From: an uncultured Nitrososphaerota archaeon
GTDB lineage: Archaea > Thermoproteota > Nitrososphaeria > Nitrososphaerales > Nitrosopumilaceae
Direction: 5' to 3'
Assembly: GCA_963701075.1 (NCBI GenBank)
Contig: OY969559.1
Location: 896,001-960,000, forward strand
DNA: 64,000 bases
Every line of letters begins with the position of its first letter. Within the stretch, counting starts at the first letter, position 1. The notes under the pieces are model-generated. The model did not search any database. It was not told the DNA's origin and was given only the letters and a program-made list of their open reading frames with translations. Made by a program: the position numbers and the translations under genes. This document shows positions 1 to 10,532 of this stretch, one piece after another.

Positions 1-338
1 TCCATCATATGATATAGATCCTTCATCATCGGTTCTAGAATTTATTTCAATTAGTGGAGCACCTGCATTAGTACTTGCAGGCTCTTCATTTTTGTTGGCA
101 CGCAGATATGGTTCAATACTTTGCGGTTCTCTTATCATTGCTGGAGGAGTTGTAACATTAATTGGAATGGGCTATGTCAATACCATGATACCTATGATAG
201 ACTCCTGCATATGTGGTTCCACAACTTTCACTTACTCCAATTATATTTATGGGCGTATCAATACCTGTCATGATAACTGGCGGTCTTTTATTTCGCTTGA
301 AGCCTAGACCGAAAAGAGATTACGTTTTTGACGGATAA
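1..338 (+). CDS. Partial (5'-truncated) multi-pass membrane protein with an apparent +1 error at 199-203
   Basis: Open frame from the window start with hydrophobic segments. Removing one A from AG[A]CT (199-203) continues into a further TM helix (..PIIFMGVSIPVMITGGLLFRLKPRPKRDYVFDG*), stop at 336-338. Confidence 0.65.
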
Positions 339-766
339 TCAAATCTCATTGAATTAGAATGTAACTTGAATCCTAATTTTTTGTAAAAAGGAATAAGATC
401 ATCTGTACAATCAAGAATGGTTTTGTAACAACCTTGTTTTTGCGCATATTCCAATAAAGAATGTACTATTTTTTGACCAACCCCTCTTCCTTGGAATTCT
501 TTTGCAACCACGACATCTTCGATGTGACCAACCTTCCCTCCGTTATGGATGAATTTTTGTTCAATTATGATGCTTGCCGCACCTATGATTTTTGAATCCA
601 TTACTGCAACGTATATTGTCTCATTTGGATTTTCAGAAATCTTATCAAATATGGCCTGGGCTTTTCTTGGACTCATATCGCTTGTACTCCTAAGCGAATC
701 AAGCGAATACAGAAATCCATTGAAGAGATCTTTTTTCTGGAGCTTGCGTATCTTAATTTCGGTCAT
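320..766 (-). CDS. GNAT acetyltransferase, glucosamine-6-phosphate N-acetyltransferase (GNA1)-like
   Basis: EQKFIHNGGKVGHIEDVVV..QGRGVG..GCYKTILDC..FYKKLGF is typical of the GNA1 family. Confidence 0.85.
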   Translation of the reverse strand: MTEIKIRKLQKKDLFNGFLYSLDSLRSTSDMSPRKAQAIFDKISENPNETIYVAVMDSKIIGAASIIIEQKFIHNGGKVGHIEDVVVAKEFQGRGVGQKIVHSLLEYAQKQGCYKTILDCTDDLIPFYKKLGFKLHSNSMRFDYPSKT

Positions 767-775
767 GTTTAAGAC

Positions 776-1477
776 TTAGATCTGGCCAAGCCTTTCCAAA
801 TAATGCTGATATGCGCGTCGATAGGAAGCCTTGTCGCCTATGTCGATAAACCCATTCTTAATCGAATATCCGTTTACCCTGTTCTTCTTAGCCAACGCAC
901 TACGAATAACAAGGTCCATCCCATATGGCTTGCCTTCTGGAATTAACTCGAAAATTCCAGGCTCCATGACATAACATCCTATGTTGATATTGCCTTTCAC
1001 CTCGGGCTTTTCTTGCCATGTCTTGACCCTGCTGGTCTTGTCCATTTCTATGAATCCATATGGAATCTTGGTCTTGTATTCGGACAACCCCATAGTCACA
1101 AAGGATTTTTTCTTTTTATGATAATTAATCATATTTTTCAAACTAAATTCAAAAATTGAATCTCCGTATACGCAAACAAAAGTATCATCAATAAATTCTT
1201 GTGCAGTTTTTAATTGTCCTGCTGTTGCCAGAGGTCTATTTGCAACTGCGTACTCTATTTTTACACCAAATCTGCTCCCGTCTTCAAAATAATCTTCTAT
1301 TGTTCTTCTCAAATAACTTACACATAAGACAAATGAATCGACGCCGTTGTTCTTTATCCATTCAATCAAATGCTCTAAGAGTGGTTTGTCTCCAAGTGGA
1401 AGCATAGCTTTTGGCAGAAATGTAGTGTAAGGTTGAAGTCTTGTTCCAAGTCCACCAGCTAAGATTACAGCCTTCAT
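776..1477 (-). CDS. Sugar-phosphate nucleotidyltransferase (NTP_transferase family)
   Basis: N-terminal MKAVILAGGLGTRL..PKAMLP signature, plus GD and DIG motifs. Confidence 0.9.
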   Translation of the reverse strand: MKAVILAGGLGTRLQPYTTFLPKAMLPLGDKPLLEHLIEWIKNNGVDSFVLCVSYLRRTIEDYFEDGSRFGVKIEYAVANRPLATAGQLKTAQEFIDDTFVCVYGDSIFEFSLKNMINYHKKKKSFVTMGLSEYKTKIPYGFIEMDKTSRVKTWQEKPEVKGNINIGCYVMEPGIFELIPEGKPYGMDLVIRSALAKKNRVNGYSIKNGFIDIGDKASYRRAYQHYLERLGQI

Positions 1478-1525
1478 GAGATGTAGTCTAAGAATGTAGT
1501 ATTTATTTTGAAGGATAAAGATATT

Positions 1526-2827
1526 CTACCTAATCTTGACAAGCTTTGTCAAGACATCTTTTGGAGTTTTGCCAAATAGCAAGATCATCGGCTCTTTTCC
1601 AACATCTCCTCTATGATATATGATATCTGGAGGGTTCTTGAGTTTCTCAATTGCGCTCTTTATCCCCCACGATATAGTTTTTCCTTCAGTAACCTTGGTA
1701 TCATGTGATTCCAGAACTCTATCATAATATGCGACGCAAAGTCTCTTTGCAATAGCTTTTTTGATTGTCTTGTTGTCATATTTGATGTTAACAGCAGATC
1801 TTATCGAGGGGAACTTTCTTGTCACCTCTAGGACTGCATTGGCCACATGTTTTGAGCCTCCGTACTTGAGTATACCTGTCACCGTAACAAATTCTCCTGT
1901 TTTGACTATACGTCCTTCAAGTCCTAGTATGTGGAAAATGGATTCTGGACAAGGCTTGGAAAACACAAAATTTGTCTGCACTTCTGGTATGTGACCGTAA
2001 ATTCCTTTGATGTTAACAAATTGATTGATTGCTATGGAAAGATCATCTTCTATTATGTCAGCATTTTTTTGTCTTGCAATAGCTAGGCCTTTTCCAACTC
2101 TTGTCGAATTCTTGATGGATTCAAATGAAATCTTTTGTGCAAGACTTGCAGATTCAGACAAGCCCTTTCCTTTGGCTATATTCACACAAAGTGCGGCAGA
2201 AAATACGCATCCTCCGCCATGACTTTCTCGCTGAAGCCTTTTTTGAGAAAACATGTGAAATTTCTTGTTTTCAAGTAAGAGGTCAGTTACCTTATCGTCT
2301 TGCATATGTCCGCCTTTTATTATGACATTTTTTGCACCCATGGAATTTATCTTATGGGCTACTTTTTTTGCATCACTCCAGGACTTTATTTTCATACCTG
2401 TGATCCTCTCTGCTTCTGGCACATTTGGAGTTATGACATATGAGAGAGGTATGAGCAATTTCTTAAAATCAGAAAAAGCGTTAGCCAGAAGAAGCATCCC
2501 TCCAGTTGTTGATTCAAAAATAGGATCAAGCACGATGGGCATCTTTAGATTTTTCAATTCAGAATGAATTGTTTTTATGGTTTTTTTATCATAGACCATT
2601 CCTATCTTTATTGCATCAATCTTGAAATCTGAAAGAACTGATCTTATCTGACTCTTGATGATTTCAGATGAAGCAGGTTCTGACTTGAAAAACTTTGAAG
2701 AGTTTTGGCTTGTTAATGCAGTAATTACACCGAGTCCGTATGCTCCAAGAGATGTGAATGTCTTTATATCTCCTTGAATGCCTGCGCCAGAAGATGGATC
2801 AGAGCCTGCTATAGACAATACATTCAT
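1526..2827 (-). CDS. thiD: Bifunctional HMP/HMP-P kinase + ThiN-type thiamine-phosphate synthase (ThiDN)
   Basis: IAGSDPSSGAGIQGDIKT, TPNVPEA and HGGGC motifs; C-terminal ThiN domain (IPEVQTN..GGSKHVA..GDVGKEPM). Confidence 0.9.
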   Translation of the reverse strand: MNVLSIAGSDPSSGAGIQGDIKTFTSLGAYGLGVITALTSQNSSKFFKSEPASSEIIKSQIRSVLSDFKIDAIKIGMVYDKKTIKTIHSELKNLKMPIVLDPIFESTTGGMLLLANAFSDFKKLLIPLSYVITPNVPEAERITGMKIKSWSDAKKVAHKINSMGAKNVIIKGGHMQDDKVTDLLLENKKFHMFSQKRLQRESHGGGCVFSAALCVNIAKGKGLSESASLAQKISFESIKNSTRVGKGLAIARQKNADIIEDDLSIAINQFVNIKGIYGHIPEVQTNFVFSKPCPESIFHILGLEGRIVKTGEFVTVTGILKYGGSKHVANAVLEVTRKFPSIRSAVNIKYDNKTIKKAIAKRLCVAYYDRVLESHDTKVTEGKTISWGIKSAIEKLKNPPDIIYHRGDVGKEPMILLFGKTPKDVLTKLVKIR

Positions 2828-2882
2828 GACATTACCATAGGAAACTCACGTTTAAATTCAATCGATTGGTAAAAAAGGTAAA

Positions 2883-4220
2883 TTGGGAACACAAATGAGC
2901 GCGGCCCGTAGGGGCATTGCCACCGAAGAAATGAAAACAGTGGCAAAAGACGAAGATGTAACTCTAGACTGGCTCATTTCAAAAATGGCAACAGGCTCGA
3001 TTATAATTCCACACAACAACGTCAGACCACAAAAGATTCACGTGGTAGGAATTGGCAAGGGAATGAAAACAAAGGTCAACGTCAACATTGGTAATTCTAC
3101 TCTGAATCAGAATCTGGATGAAGAAGTAAAAAAGGCTAAAGTTGCTGTAAAATATCACTCAGACACTATAATGGATCTAAGTGATGGTGGGGATGTAGGT
3201 CTTTTCAGAAGGACTCTGCTTGAGGCAGCTCCTATAACATTTGGTACAGTTCCAGTATACGAGGCTTACAATTATGGTGTTGAAAAACACAAGAATCCAC
3301 TTGATATAACTGAAGACGACTATCTCAATGCATTTGAACGTAACATAAAAGATGGAGTTGATTATACTACAATACATTCTGGTATTACAAAAGATATAGC
3401 AAAAAGAATTTTGGCAGTAAAAAGACACGGCGGAATAGTAAGCAAGGGAGGAACTATCACGGCCGCATGGATGCTAAAGTATGACAAGGAAAATCCATAC
3501 TATGAGCACTTTGATTATCTAATAGAGCTGGCAAGACAATATGATGTTACTTTTAGCTTGGGCGATGCTCTAAGGCCAGGTTCCATACTTGATTCGCATG
3601 ATGAATTGCAGGTTCAGGAGATGATTAACATATCAAGGCTAACAAAAAGAGCTCATGAAAAAGATGTACAGGTGATGGTGGAAGGACCTGGACATGTACC
3701 ACTAAATGAAGTTGCTGCAAATGTTAGACTAGCAAAATCTCTGATTGGCGATGTACCGTATTATGTATTGGGACCGCTTGTAACTGATGTAGCATCAGGC
3801 CATGATCATATTGCCAGTGCAATAGGTGCTGCAATATCTGCAAGTGAAGGGGTAGACTTGCTGTGTTATCTAACTCCGGCAGAACACTTGGCTTTACCAA
3901 ATGCTGACGAAGTAAAGGCAGGGTTGATTGCATATAGAATTGCCGCGCATGCTGCAGACCTTGTCAAATTGCGAGACAAGGCAATCAAGTGGGATATGGA
4001 AATGACAGAGGCAAGACGAACTCTCAACTGGGAAAAACAGATTGCATTATCAATTGATCCTGAAGAGGCAGCACGGATACATGCAAGAACAGGTCAACTC
4101 AAGGGAAATACTGTACCCTGTACAATGTGTGGGGGAGCGTGTGTCTACATAATGCTTCCACAACAGAGATACACCAAATCAGATGAAGTAACAGAAGAAA
4201 AACTACAACAAGTCAGCTAG
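2883..4220 (+). CDS. thiC: Phosphomethylpyrimidine synthase
   Basis: TKVNVNIG, IMDLS, GTVPVY, SLGDALRPG, MVEGPGH and C-terminal CTMCGGAC; TTG start. Confidence 0.97.
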   Translation: MGTQMSAARRGIATEEMKTVAKDEDVTLDWLISKMATGSIIIPHNNVRPQKIHVVGIGKGMKTKVNVNIGNSTLNQNLDEEVKKAKVAVKYHSDTIMDLSDGGDVGLFRRTLLEAAPITFGTVPVYEAYNYGVEKHKNPLDITEDDYLNAFERNIKDGVDYTTIHSGITKDIAKRILAVKRHGGIVSKGGTITAAWMLKYDKENPYYEHFDYLIELARQYDVTFSLGDALRPGSILDSHDELQVQEMINISRLTKRAHEKDVQVMVEGPGHVPLNEVAANVRLAKSLIGDVPYYVLGPLVTDVASGHDHIASAIGAAISASEGVDLLCYLTPAEHLALPNADEVKAGLIAYRIAAHAADLVKLRDKAIKWDMEMTEARRTLNWEKQIALSIDPEEAARIHARTGQLKGNTVPCTMCGGACVYIMLPQQRYTKSDEVTEEKLQQVS

Positions 4221-4608
4221 AACCTTGTCAAGGCTTGGAACTGTTTGATATTGTGTTAATTCTAAAGGACTTATCCATCTGTATTCTTGATTCTCCCAAT
4301 TAAGAGTAATTGTAGGATCTTGTACAGAAAACAAGAAGGGGAAGATCAACCACTCGTGGTTTGCATATTGAGGGGAATCTACACGAATTTGTTGTGCAGA
4401 TTTAAGAAGACTAATGTTATTTTCTGTTATGCCTACTTCCTCCAATATTTCCCTTTTCAGCTCTGTAGATTGGCTCTTCACTGCCTTCTATTATTCCAGA
4501 TACTCCTGCCCAAAGGCCTTTCATTGACTTTACTTTTTCGCTTCGCTTTAAGATGAGATACTTGTCGTTATGAACTAGAAAGGAAGTGACGATTTTTGTG
4601 GATTTCAA
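4203..4608 (-). CDS. NUDIX hydrolase (one extra base at 4458)
   Basis: Two ORF pieces join into G..E..E...RAKREILEEVG (Nudix box) and LNWENQEYRWI when the C at 4458 (next to AGCT) is removed; 405 nt, in frame. Confidence 0.85.
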
Positions 4609-5463
4609 CTATTTTTCAACAGCATTTACCATGGATACTAATTTTTTGTATGCGTCATCCATGTCAACATTCTTTGCAAGTCGCTCTTTTGCACTACTGA
4701 TATACTTGAGAATCTCTTCAGTCCTGTTTTCCTGAATCAAAATAAGCATCCTGCCTATGTCCTTCCAGAACTCTTCAGCATATCTTCTAATTTCTGGATT
4801 TGAGATTATTGTCTCAATGAGTTCTGGAGATTCTGTCATTATTCCAGCAGTTAGAAGCTTTTGTGCCTTGAACGTGGTACCTGCCATCTTTTCAACTAGT
4901 GTAAAGTTCTCCTCCTTTGCAAGTATGTTAGCAAGTGTCAAGTTGACTAAGTGAGTCATACCTAAGATTATTGCAATTTTTTTGTCATGCTCTGTCGCAT
5001 CTATCTGAACAAAATTTGCTTCAGGAAATAATGATTTTGCCACCAAAAGCTCTTTTTTTGCATCACGAATTGGAATGGAGATTATGTTCTGTCCCTTTAG
5101 CTTCTTTGTTCCGGGCCCAAACATGGGATGAATACAAATTGGACTTACCTTATCTGGAATTTTTGATAGTGCAGCTGCAGTTTTTAGCTTGAGTGAAGAA
5201 ACGTCAATAAGGAAAGATTCTCTTTTCATCTCTTTTGCAATCAGTCTTATAGTTTCTGGAGTGCGCTTGACTGGAATGCAAAGAATAACATAATCTGCAG
5301 GTAATATTGCGCCAACAAGGGATTGTGCCTTTGTAACTGCTTTATTTTGGATCTCTTTTTCGGCATCAAAACCAATTACCTCAAAACCCTTCTCAAGAAA
5401 GTACTTTGTGAACCATTTGCCTATTTGTCCTTCTGCACCAATTATGGCTATTTTCTTCTTCAT
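4609..5463 (-). CDS. tyrA: Prephenate dehydrogenase
   Basis: IIGAEGQIG Rossmann motif, DVSSLK, HPMFGP, EHD; lies in the aromatic amino-acid operon. Confidence 0.9.
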   Translation of the reverse strand: MKKKIAIIGAEGQIGKWFTKYFLEKGFEVIGFDAEKEIQNKAVTKAQSLVGAILPADYVILCIPVKRTPETIRLIAKEMKRESFLIDVSSLKLKTAAALSKIPDKVSPICIHPMFGPGTKKLKGQNIISIPIRDAKKELLVAKSLFPEANFVQIDATEHDKKIAIILGMTHLVNLTLANILAKEENFTLVEKMAGTTFKAQKLLTAGIMTESPELIETIISNPEIRRYAEEFWKDIGRMLILIQENRTEEILKYISSAKERLAKNVDMDDAYKKLVSMVNAVEK

Positions 5464-6830
5464 TTTTCTGTCCTCATCACTTCTTCTATTATCTTCATTC
5501 CTTGGTTAAGTGTTTCTTCTGGCTGACAAGCAGATATTCTGACAAATTCTTGGTAATTTCCAAATCCTTCACCAGGTGCTATCGCAACGCCATAATCTAA
5601 AAGCTTGTTTGTAAACTCAACAGAGTCAAAATGTGGCTTTTTCACCTTGGCAAAGAGGTACATTGCGCCATCTGGCTCCACAAACTCAATTTCCATACTC
5701 TTTGCCTTTTTTATCACAGCTTCTAGTCTAGTTTTGATGGTTTTAGTATTATCGGTAGTGTCAGCCTCGAGTGCTTTCATGGCTACATATTGAATTGGTT
5801 CTGATACGTTTGTCATAGCCAACGCCTGTAGCTTTGCCATCTGGTCTATTATCTCAGGACTTGATACGGCATATCCTATTCTAAATCCAGTCATTGCATG
5901 AGATTTGGAGAAAGACTGGGTCACAATTGATTTGCTGTACTTGTAGGAAAGAACACTCTTCCAATTTTTGAATGCATATGAAGAATAAATCTCATCACTT
6001 AACACATAGAGGTTGTTTTTTATTGAAATATTCATTATTTGGTCTAGTAATTTTTCTGATAGTATTTTCCCGGTGGGGTTGTTTGGATAGTTTAGCACTA
6101 TCATCTTTGTATTTTGGTTGATTGCGTTTTCAATCTCTTCTATCTTGGGCTCCCATCTATTTTCTAGGCTTGTGTGAATGGTTCTGACCTTGACCCCTGA
6201 ATTTAGAGCATTGTCTCTGTATGCCGGCCATGCTGGCTCTATTATTATTATCTCGTTTCCAGGATTTAGCAGAGTAGAGATTGCAAGAAAGACTGAAAAT
6301 CTCGCACCAGGTGAGACAAGAATATTTTGTGAATCTGTCTTGATGCCAAATGTCTTGGTAACATAGCTTGCAAGAGCTTCTCGAAACTCCGTCATTCCTT
6401 TTGAATCTCCATACTTTGTGTATCCCTTATCATAGACCTGGGAAAGGGCACTATTGACTATCTTTGGTGGGAAAAAGTCTGGCTCGCCTACCTCCATGTG
6501 AATTATTTTTTTTCCTTGTTTCTCTAGTGTCTTTGCCTTCAAGAATACTGAAAGATGAGTTTGCTTGTTTGTTGATTGTATCTTGACAGATTCATTTAAC
6601 AGAAAATTTAGCATTGTCAAACCCGTTTTCTCATCAAGACCAATCTCTCTACATAATGACTGAACCTTGGTTCGAAGCTGACTTTCTCTTTCTTCATTGG
6701 TTATGCCTAGTCCCAGATTATTCTTGAGGTTGCCAATTTCTTTTGCCGTGTCATTTCTTTCCCTTAATAATTTCAGCATATCAAATGTTATCTTGTCCAT
6801 CTTGTCGCGCAGCTTGTCAATATCTGACAT
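5460..6830 (-). CDS. Chorismate mutase (AroQ-type) fused to a class I/II aminotransferase
   Basis: N-terminal IDKLRDKMDKI..RNDTAKEIGNLK..ERE (CM_2); C-terminal NYPNNPTG, SDEIY and SFSKSHAMTGFRIGY (PLP lysine). Confidence 0.9.
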   Translation of the reverse strand: MSDIDKLRDKMDKITFDMLKLLRERNDTAKEIGNLKNNLGLGITNEERESQLRTKVQSLCREIGLDEKTGLTMLNFLLNESVKIQSTNKQTHLSVFLKAKTLEKQGKKIIHMEVGEPDFFPPKIVNSALSQVYDKGYTKYGDSKGMTEFREALASYVTKTFGIKTDSQNILVSPGARFSVFLAISTLLNPGNEIIIIEPAWPAYRDNALNSGVKVRTIHTSLENRWEPKIEEIENAINQNTKMIVLNYPNNPTGKILSEKLLDQIMNISIKNNLYVLSDEIYSSYAFKNWKSVLSYKYSKSIVTQSFSKSHAMTGFRIGYAVSSPEIIDQMAKLQALAMTNVSEPIQYVAMKALEADTTDNTKTIKTRLEAVIKKAKSMEIEFVEPDGAMYLFAKVKKPHFDSVEFTNKLLDYGVAIAPGEGFGNYQEFVRISACQPEETLNQGMKIIEEVMRTEK

Positions 6831-6833
6831 TTC

Positions 6834-7931
6834 TTATCGAATCACTGGTGAAATGAAGCCTGCTCTTAATGCATGATCAACAAGTATCACTGAGACCAGA
6901 GAATCAACTACAGGCGGCGCTCTTGGGACTACGCATGGGTCATGTCTGCCTTGAACTATTAGAGATACTGACTTTTTTGTCTTGACATCTACGGTATGTT
7001 GCTTTTTTGCAATGGATGATGCAGGCTTGAAAGCAACTCGAAGCACTAACGGCATTCCAGTGGATATTCCTCCTAGTATACCTCCAGCATTATTTGTTCT
7101 AGTTACAATCTTTCCATTCTTTGTTATGAATTCGTCATTGTTCTCAGAACCATGCAGAGTTGAACCGTAAAAACCTGAGCCAAATTCCACTCCCTTGACA
7201 GCAGGAATTGAAAATAACGCCTTGCTAAGATCTGATTCTAGGGAACCAAAGATTGGCTCACCAAGACCTACTGGAAGATTTGTAGTGATAGATTCGATAA
7301 TTCCTCCCACAGAATCCCCACTTCGCTTTGCTGCAAGTATGGCAGCTCGCATCTTTTCTGCTATTTTTGGATCTGGGCATCTTACTTCATTGTTGTAAAT
7401 GAAGTTCTTCATCTTTGGCACAACTTGGTTATTCAGCTTTATCTTGCCTACTTGACAAGTGTAAGAATAAGTGTCGACTCCAATAGTCTGAGAAAGCAAT
7501 TTCTTTGCAATGGCTCCTGCCATTACAAACGTAGCAGTAAGCCTACCAGAAAATCTGCCTCCTCCTCTATAATCATTGAATCCGTTATACTTTATGTATG
7601 CTGGATAGTCAGAATGGCCAGGTCTTGGTCTCAACGTTAAATTTTCATAATCGCGAGAACGTTGGTCTTGATTCCAAATTACCATTGTAATTGGATCTCC
7701 AGTAGTGTATCCACGAAATACACCTGAGAGAATTTCCACCTTATCCTCTTCTTTTCTTTGAGTTGTTATGACTGATTGACCTGGCTTGCGCAAATCAAGC
7801 ATCTTTTGAATGTCCTTTTCCTCAAGTTCCAAACCTGCTGGACAACCATCTACGACAGCTCCTATGCATCTGCCATGACTCTCGCCAAAACTGGTAAAGA
7901 CATAGCGCTGGCCAATCGAACTTGAAGACAT
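6834..7931 (-). CDS. aroC: Chorismate synthase
   Basis: FGESHG, RPGHSD, RGGGRFSGR and GRHDPC motifs; start moved to MSSSSIG at 7931. Confidence 0.97.
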   Translation of the reverse strand: MSSSSIGQRYVFTSFGESHGRCIGAVVDGCPAGLELEEKDIQKMLDLRKPGQSVITTQRKEEDKVEILSGVFRGYTTGDPITMVIWNQDQRSRDYENLTLRPRPGHSDYPAYIKYNGFNDYRGGGRFSGRLTATFVMAGAIAKKLLSQTIGVDTYSYTCQVGKIKLNNQVVPKMKNFIYNNEVRCPDPKIAEKMRAAILAAKRSGDSVGGIIESITTNLPVGLGEPIFGSLESDLSKALFSIPAVKGVEFGSGFYGSTLHGSENNDEFITKNGKIVTRTNNAGGILGGISTGMPLVLRVAFKPASSIAKKQHTVDVKTKKSVSLIVQGRHDPCVVPRAPPVVDSLVSVILVDHALRAGFISPVIR

Positions 7932-8037
7932 GATGAAATTTTCATTTGGATGCTTATAATCCTTATAGGGATCAGTGATTTTCAACAAAATTCTGACCCA
8001 TACAATCAAAAATTAGATAATTGGTTAACATGTTACT

Positions 8038-8826
8038 ATGAAAATACGTAGTGCGCAGGAAAGCGACAAGGATGTCGTCTTGGAATTCTGCAAAGACACA
8101 TTCCAGTGGGGTGACTATATTGCCGATGTCTGGGACAAATGGAAGTCAAAAGGGGGCTTGTATGTATTGGAGGAAAATAATTTAGTTGTTGGCGTATACC
8201 ATGTGGTTTCTTTTAAAAAAGAAGCATGGATTGAGGGAATGAGAGTGCATCCACAATATAGAAAAAAAGGATTTGGTACTGACATGTTAACTCATGCAGA
8301 ATCTGTCATACCAAACAAGGTAATTCGATTGATAATTGAAAGTGAGAATCATCCATCAATAAGACTTGCCGAATCAATGGGATATAACATAGAAGAAAAA
8401 TGGAGACTATATTCAATGGTTCCAGCAAAACAAGAATCAAGTGCAATAATGGCAACACCGTCATTCCAACTAGATGGTATAATTGAATCGTCAACATATG
8501 CCAATTCATGGAAATGGTTGCCACTAGATGCAGAAGAAGTCAAAAATCTCATAGAACAAAATAGAGTCATAATATCTATCAAAGACGGAAAAACACTAGC
8601 TGCCGGAATATGGAATCAGTCAAATGAATTTCCTCATGTATTCCAATTTGTATTTGTAAGCGGAACAAATGAAGGCATGTCAGATATTCTAAAATATGTT
8701 CAGAACAAGGCACACGATCTAAACTCAGAGAGGATCCAAGTCTTTATACAAGAAAAAATTTCGCCGGAGGTAAATTTTTTGGACAAGAGATTGTTATTTT
8801 ATTTAATGAAAAAAGAATTGCATTAG
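8038..8826 (+). CDS. GNAT family N-acetyltransferase
   Basis: WIEGMRVHPQYRKKGFG and N..SIRLAESMGY GNAT motifs. Confidence 0.8.
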   Translation: MKIRSAQESDKDVVLEFCKDTFQWGDYIADVWDKWKSKGGLYVLEENNLVVGVYHVVSFKKEAWIEGMRVHPQYRKKGFGTDMLTHAESVIPNKVIRLIIESENHPSIRLAESMGYNIEEKWRLYSMVPAKQESSAIMATPSFQLDGIIESSTYANSWKWLPLDAEEVKNLIEQNRVIISIKDGKTLAAGIWNQSNEFPHVFQFVFVSGTNEGMSDILKYVQNKAHDLNSERIQVFIQEKISPEVNFLDKRLLFYLMKKELH

Positions 8827-8860
8827 AAAAATCTATAATGCTTGAACCAAAGATAAACTC

Positions 8861-9268
8861 ATGAATTATTGGCTTGTAAAACAAGAACCGACCACGTATA
8901 ATTATGACCTACTGGAAAAAGAAAAAAAGACTGTCTGGGACGGAGTTCACAACAACTTGGCATTAAAGCACATTCGTGCAATGAAAAAAGGAGACAGGGC
9001 ATTTTTTTACCATACGGGAGATGAGAGACAGGCTGTCGGTATACTGGAGATTACAAGTAATCCGTACCCAAATCCAAAAGAAGATGATAAGAGGTTTGTA
9101 GTAATGGACGTAAAACCAGTCTCAAGATTGAAAAGGCCAGTGACTCTTGAAGAGATAAAAAAAGATGTCAAGTTCAAAAACTGGGAATTGATAAGAATCT
9201 CAAGACTATCTGTGATGCCAGTCCCAAAACAACTCTGGGACGAGATTGTGAAAAAGTCAAACAAATGA
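8861..9268 (+). CDS. EVE domain protein
   Basis: MNYWLVKQEP..WDGVHN..MKKGD.AFFYH..RLSVMPV, the classic EVE signature. Confidence 0.92.
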   Translation: MNYWLVKQEPTTYNYDLLEKEKKTVWDGVHNNLALKHIRAMKKGDRAFFYHTGDERQAVGILEITSNPYPNPKEDDKRFVVMDVKPVSRLKRPVTLEEIKKDVKFKNWELIRISRLSVMPVPKQLWDEIVKKSNK

Positions 9269-10532
9269 CTATGTTGAAATCTTGGCCCCTATCTTGTTCA
9301 TTTCCTTGATAAAATCAGGATAGGAGACATCTACGGATTCTGGGTCTGTTACAGTACAGTTACCTACAACCATTCCTGCAATACAAAATGCCATAAACAA
9401 CCTGTGATCGTCTGCAGAGTCAAGCTCAGCACCATTGAGGGACTTTGGTGCCTCTAGAATCAATCCGTCCTCTTTTTCTGTGATGCCAATGCCAATCTTT
9501 GACAGCTCTTTTGCTAAAATGGAAATTCTGTCGGTCTCTTTGAACCTAGCATGCCTTACATTGTAAATCTCAATTGGATTTGACGTTCGAAGTGCCAAGA
9601 TAGCCATTGGCGGAAGCAAGTCTGGAGTATTTGAGAGATCAAACCTTCCTCCTGTAAGCTTGGACGGTGCCTTGACCCTTACTGTATCACCTATGGATAC
9701 ATCAACGCCCATCTTTTTCAGGTGCGATATCATTTCTTTGTCCCCTTGTGGCAAATCTCCAATCGGAGCAGAAACTATCATGTCATCTCCTACTAGTACC
9801 GCAGCAGAAAGAAGAAGTGCCATACTGGAAAAATCCGCAGGTACTGTGAAATCTGTTGGCTTGTAGTCCTGTTTTGGTATGTTGTATTTCTTGTAAGGAG
9901 ATATGGTATTTACGTTGACGCCAAATTTTTGCATGATTGCAATAGTTGCATCAAGATATGGCTTTGAAACCAGATCACCTTCAATTTCTAAGGTAATACC
10001 TTTCTCAGTTTTAGGAGCAGCAATCAAAAGTGCAGAAATAAACTGACTTGAAACAGAGCCAGCTATGGAGGTACTACCACCACGAATCTTTCCCTTTACG
10101 GTAATGGGCGGAGTCCCATTAGTTGATGTACACTTTGCATCAAGTTTCTCAAGAGCGTCAAGAAGCGGTTGCATGGGTCTCTTCCTGAGACTAGCATCTC
10201 CTGTAAGCGTAATCCTGACATCAACAAGAGAAGCTATGGCTGCAGATATCCTAATTGTTGTACCAGAGTTTGATGCATCTATCTCCGATCCTGTCGTGGA
10301 TATGCTACCAGTACTTTCAACGTTGACAGTAGAACCGCTGGTTGATATCTTGGAACCGAAGACCTTGCAGGCATTTATGGTTGCAATGGTATCTCGAGAA
10401 AGCAACACATTTCTAATTGTGCTATTTCCCTTTGCAAGAGATGCCAAAAAGATAGCACGATGTGTATAGACTCTTGTTGGGAGGACATGATATCGTGCCA
10501 GATAATTTTGATTTTTCAACCTTACATTTCAT
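9269..10532 (-). CDS. aroA: EPSP synthase (one extra base at ~10470)
   Basis: NSGTTIR, LRKRPM, SSQFISALL, RFKETDR and DDHR motifs. The true N-terminus MKCKVEKSKLSGTISCPPNKSYTHR is restored by removing one base at AG[A]CT 10468-10472. Confidence 0.93.

Noticed and set aside
2828-2882. TPP riboswitch between the divergent thiD and thiC genes
   Set aside because: The gap is only 55 nt, AT-rich, and has no CTGAGA or other TPP aptamer core.
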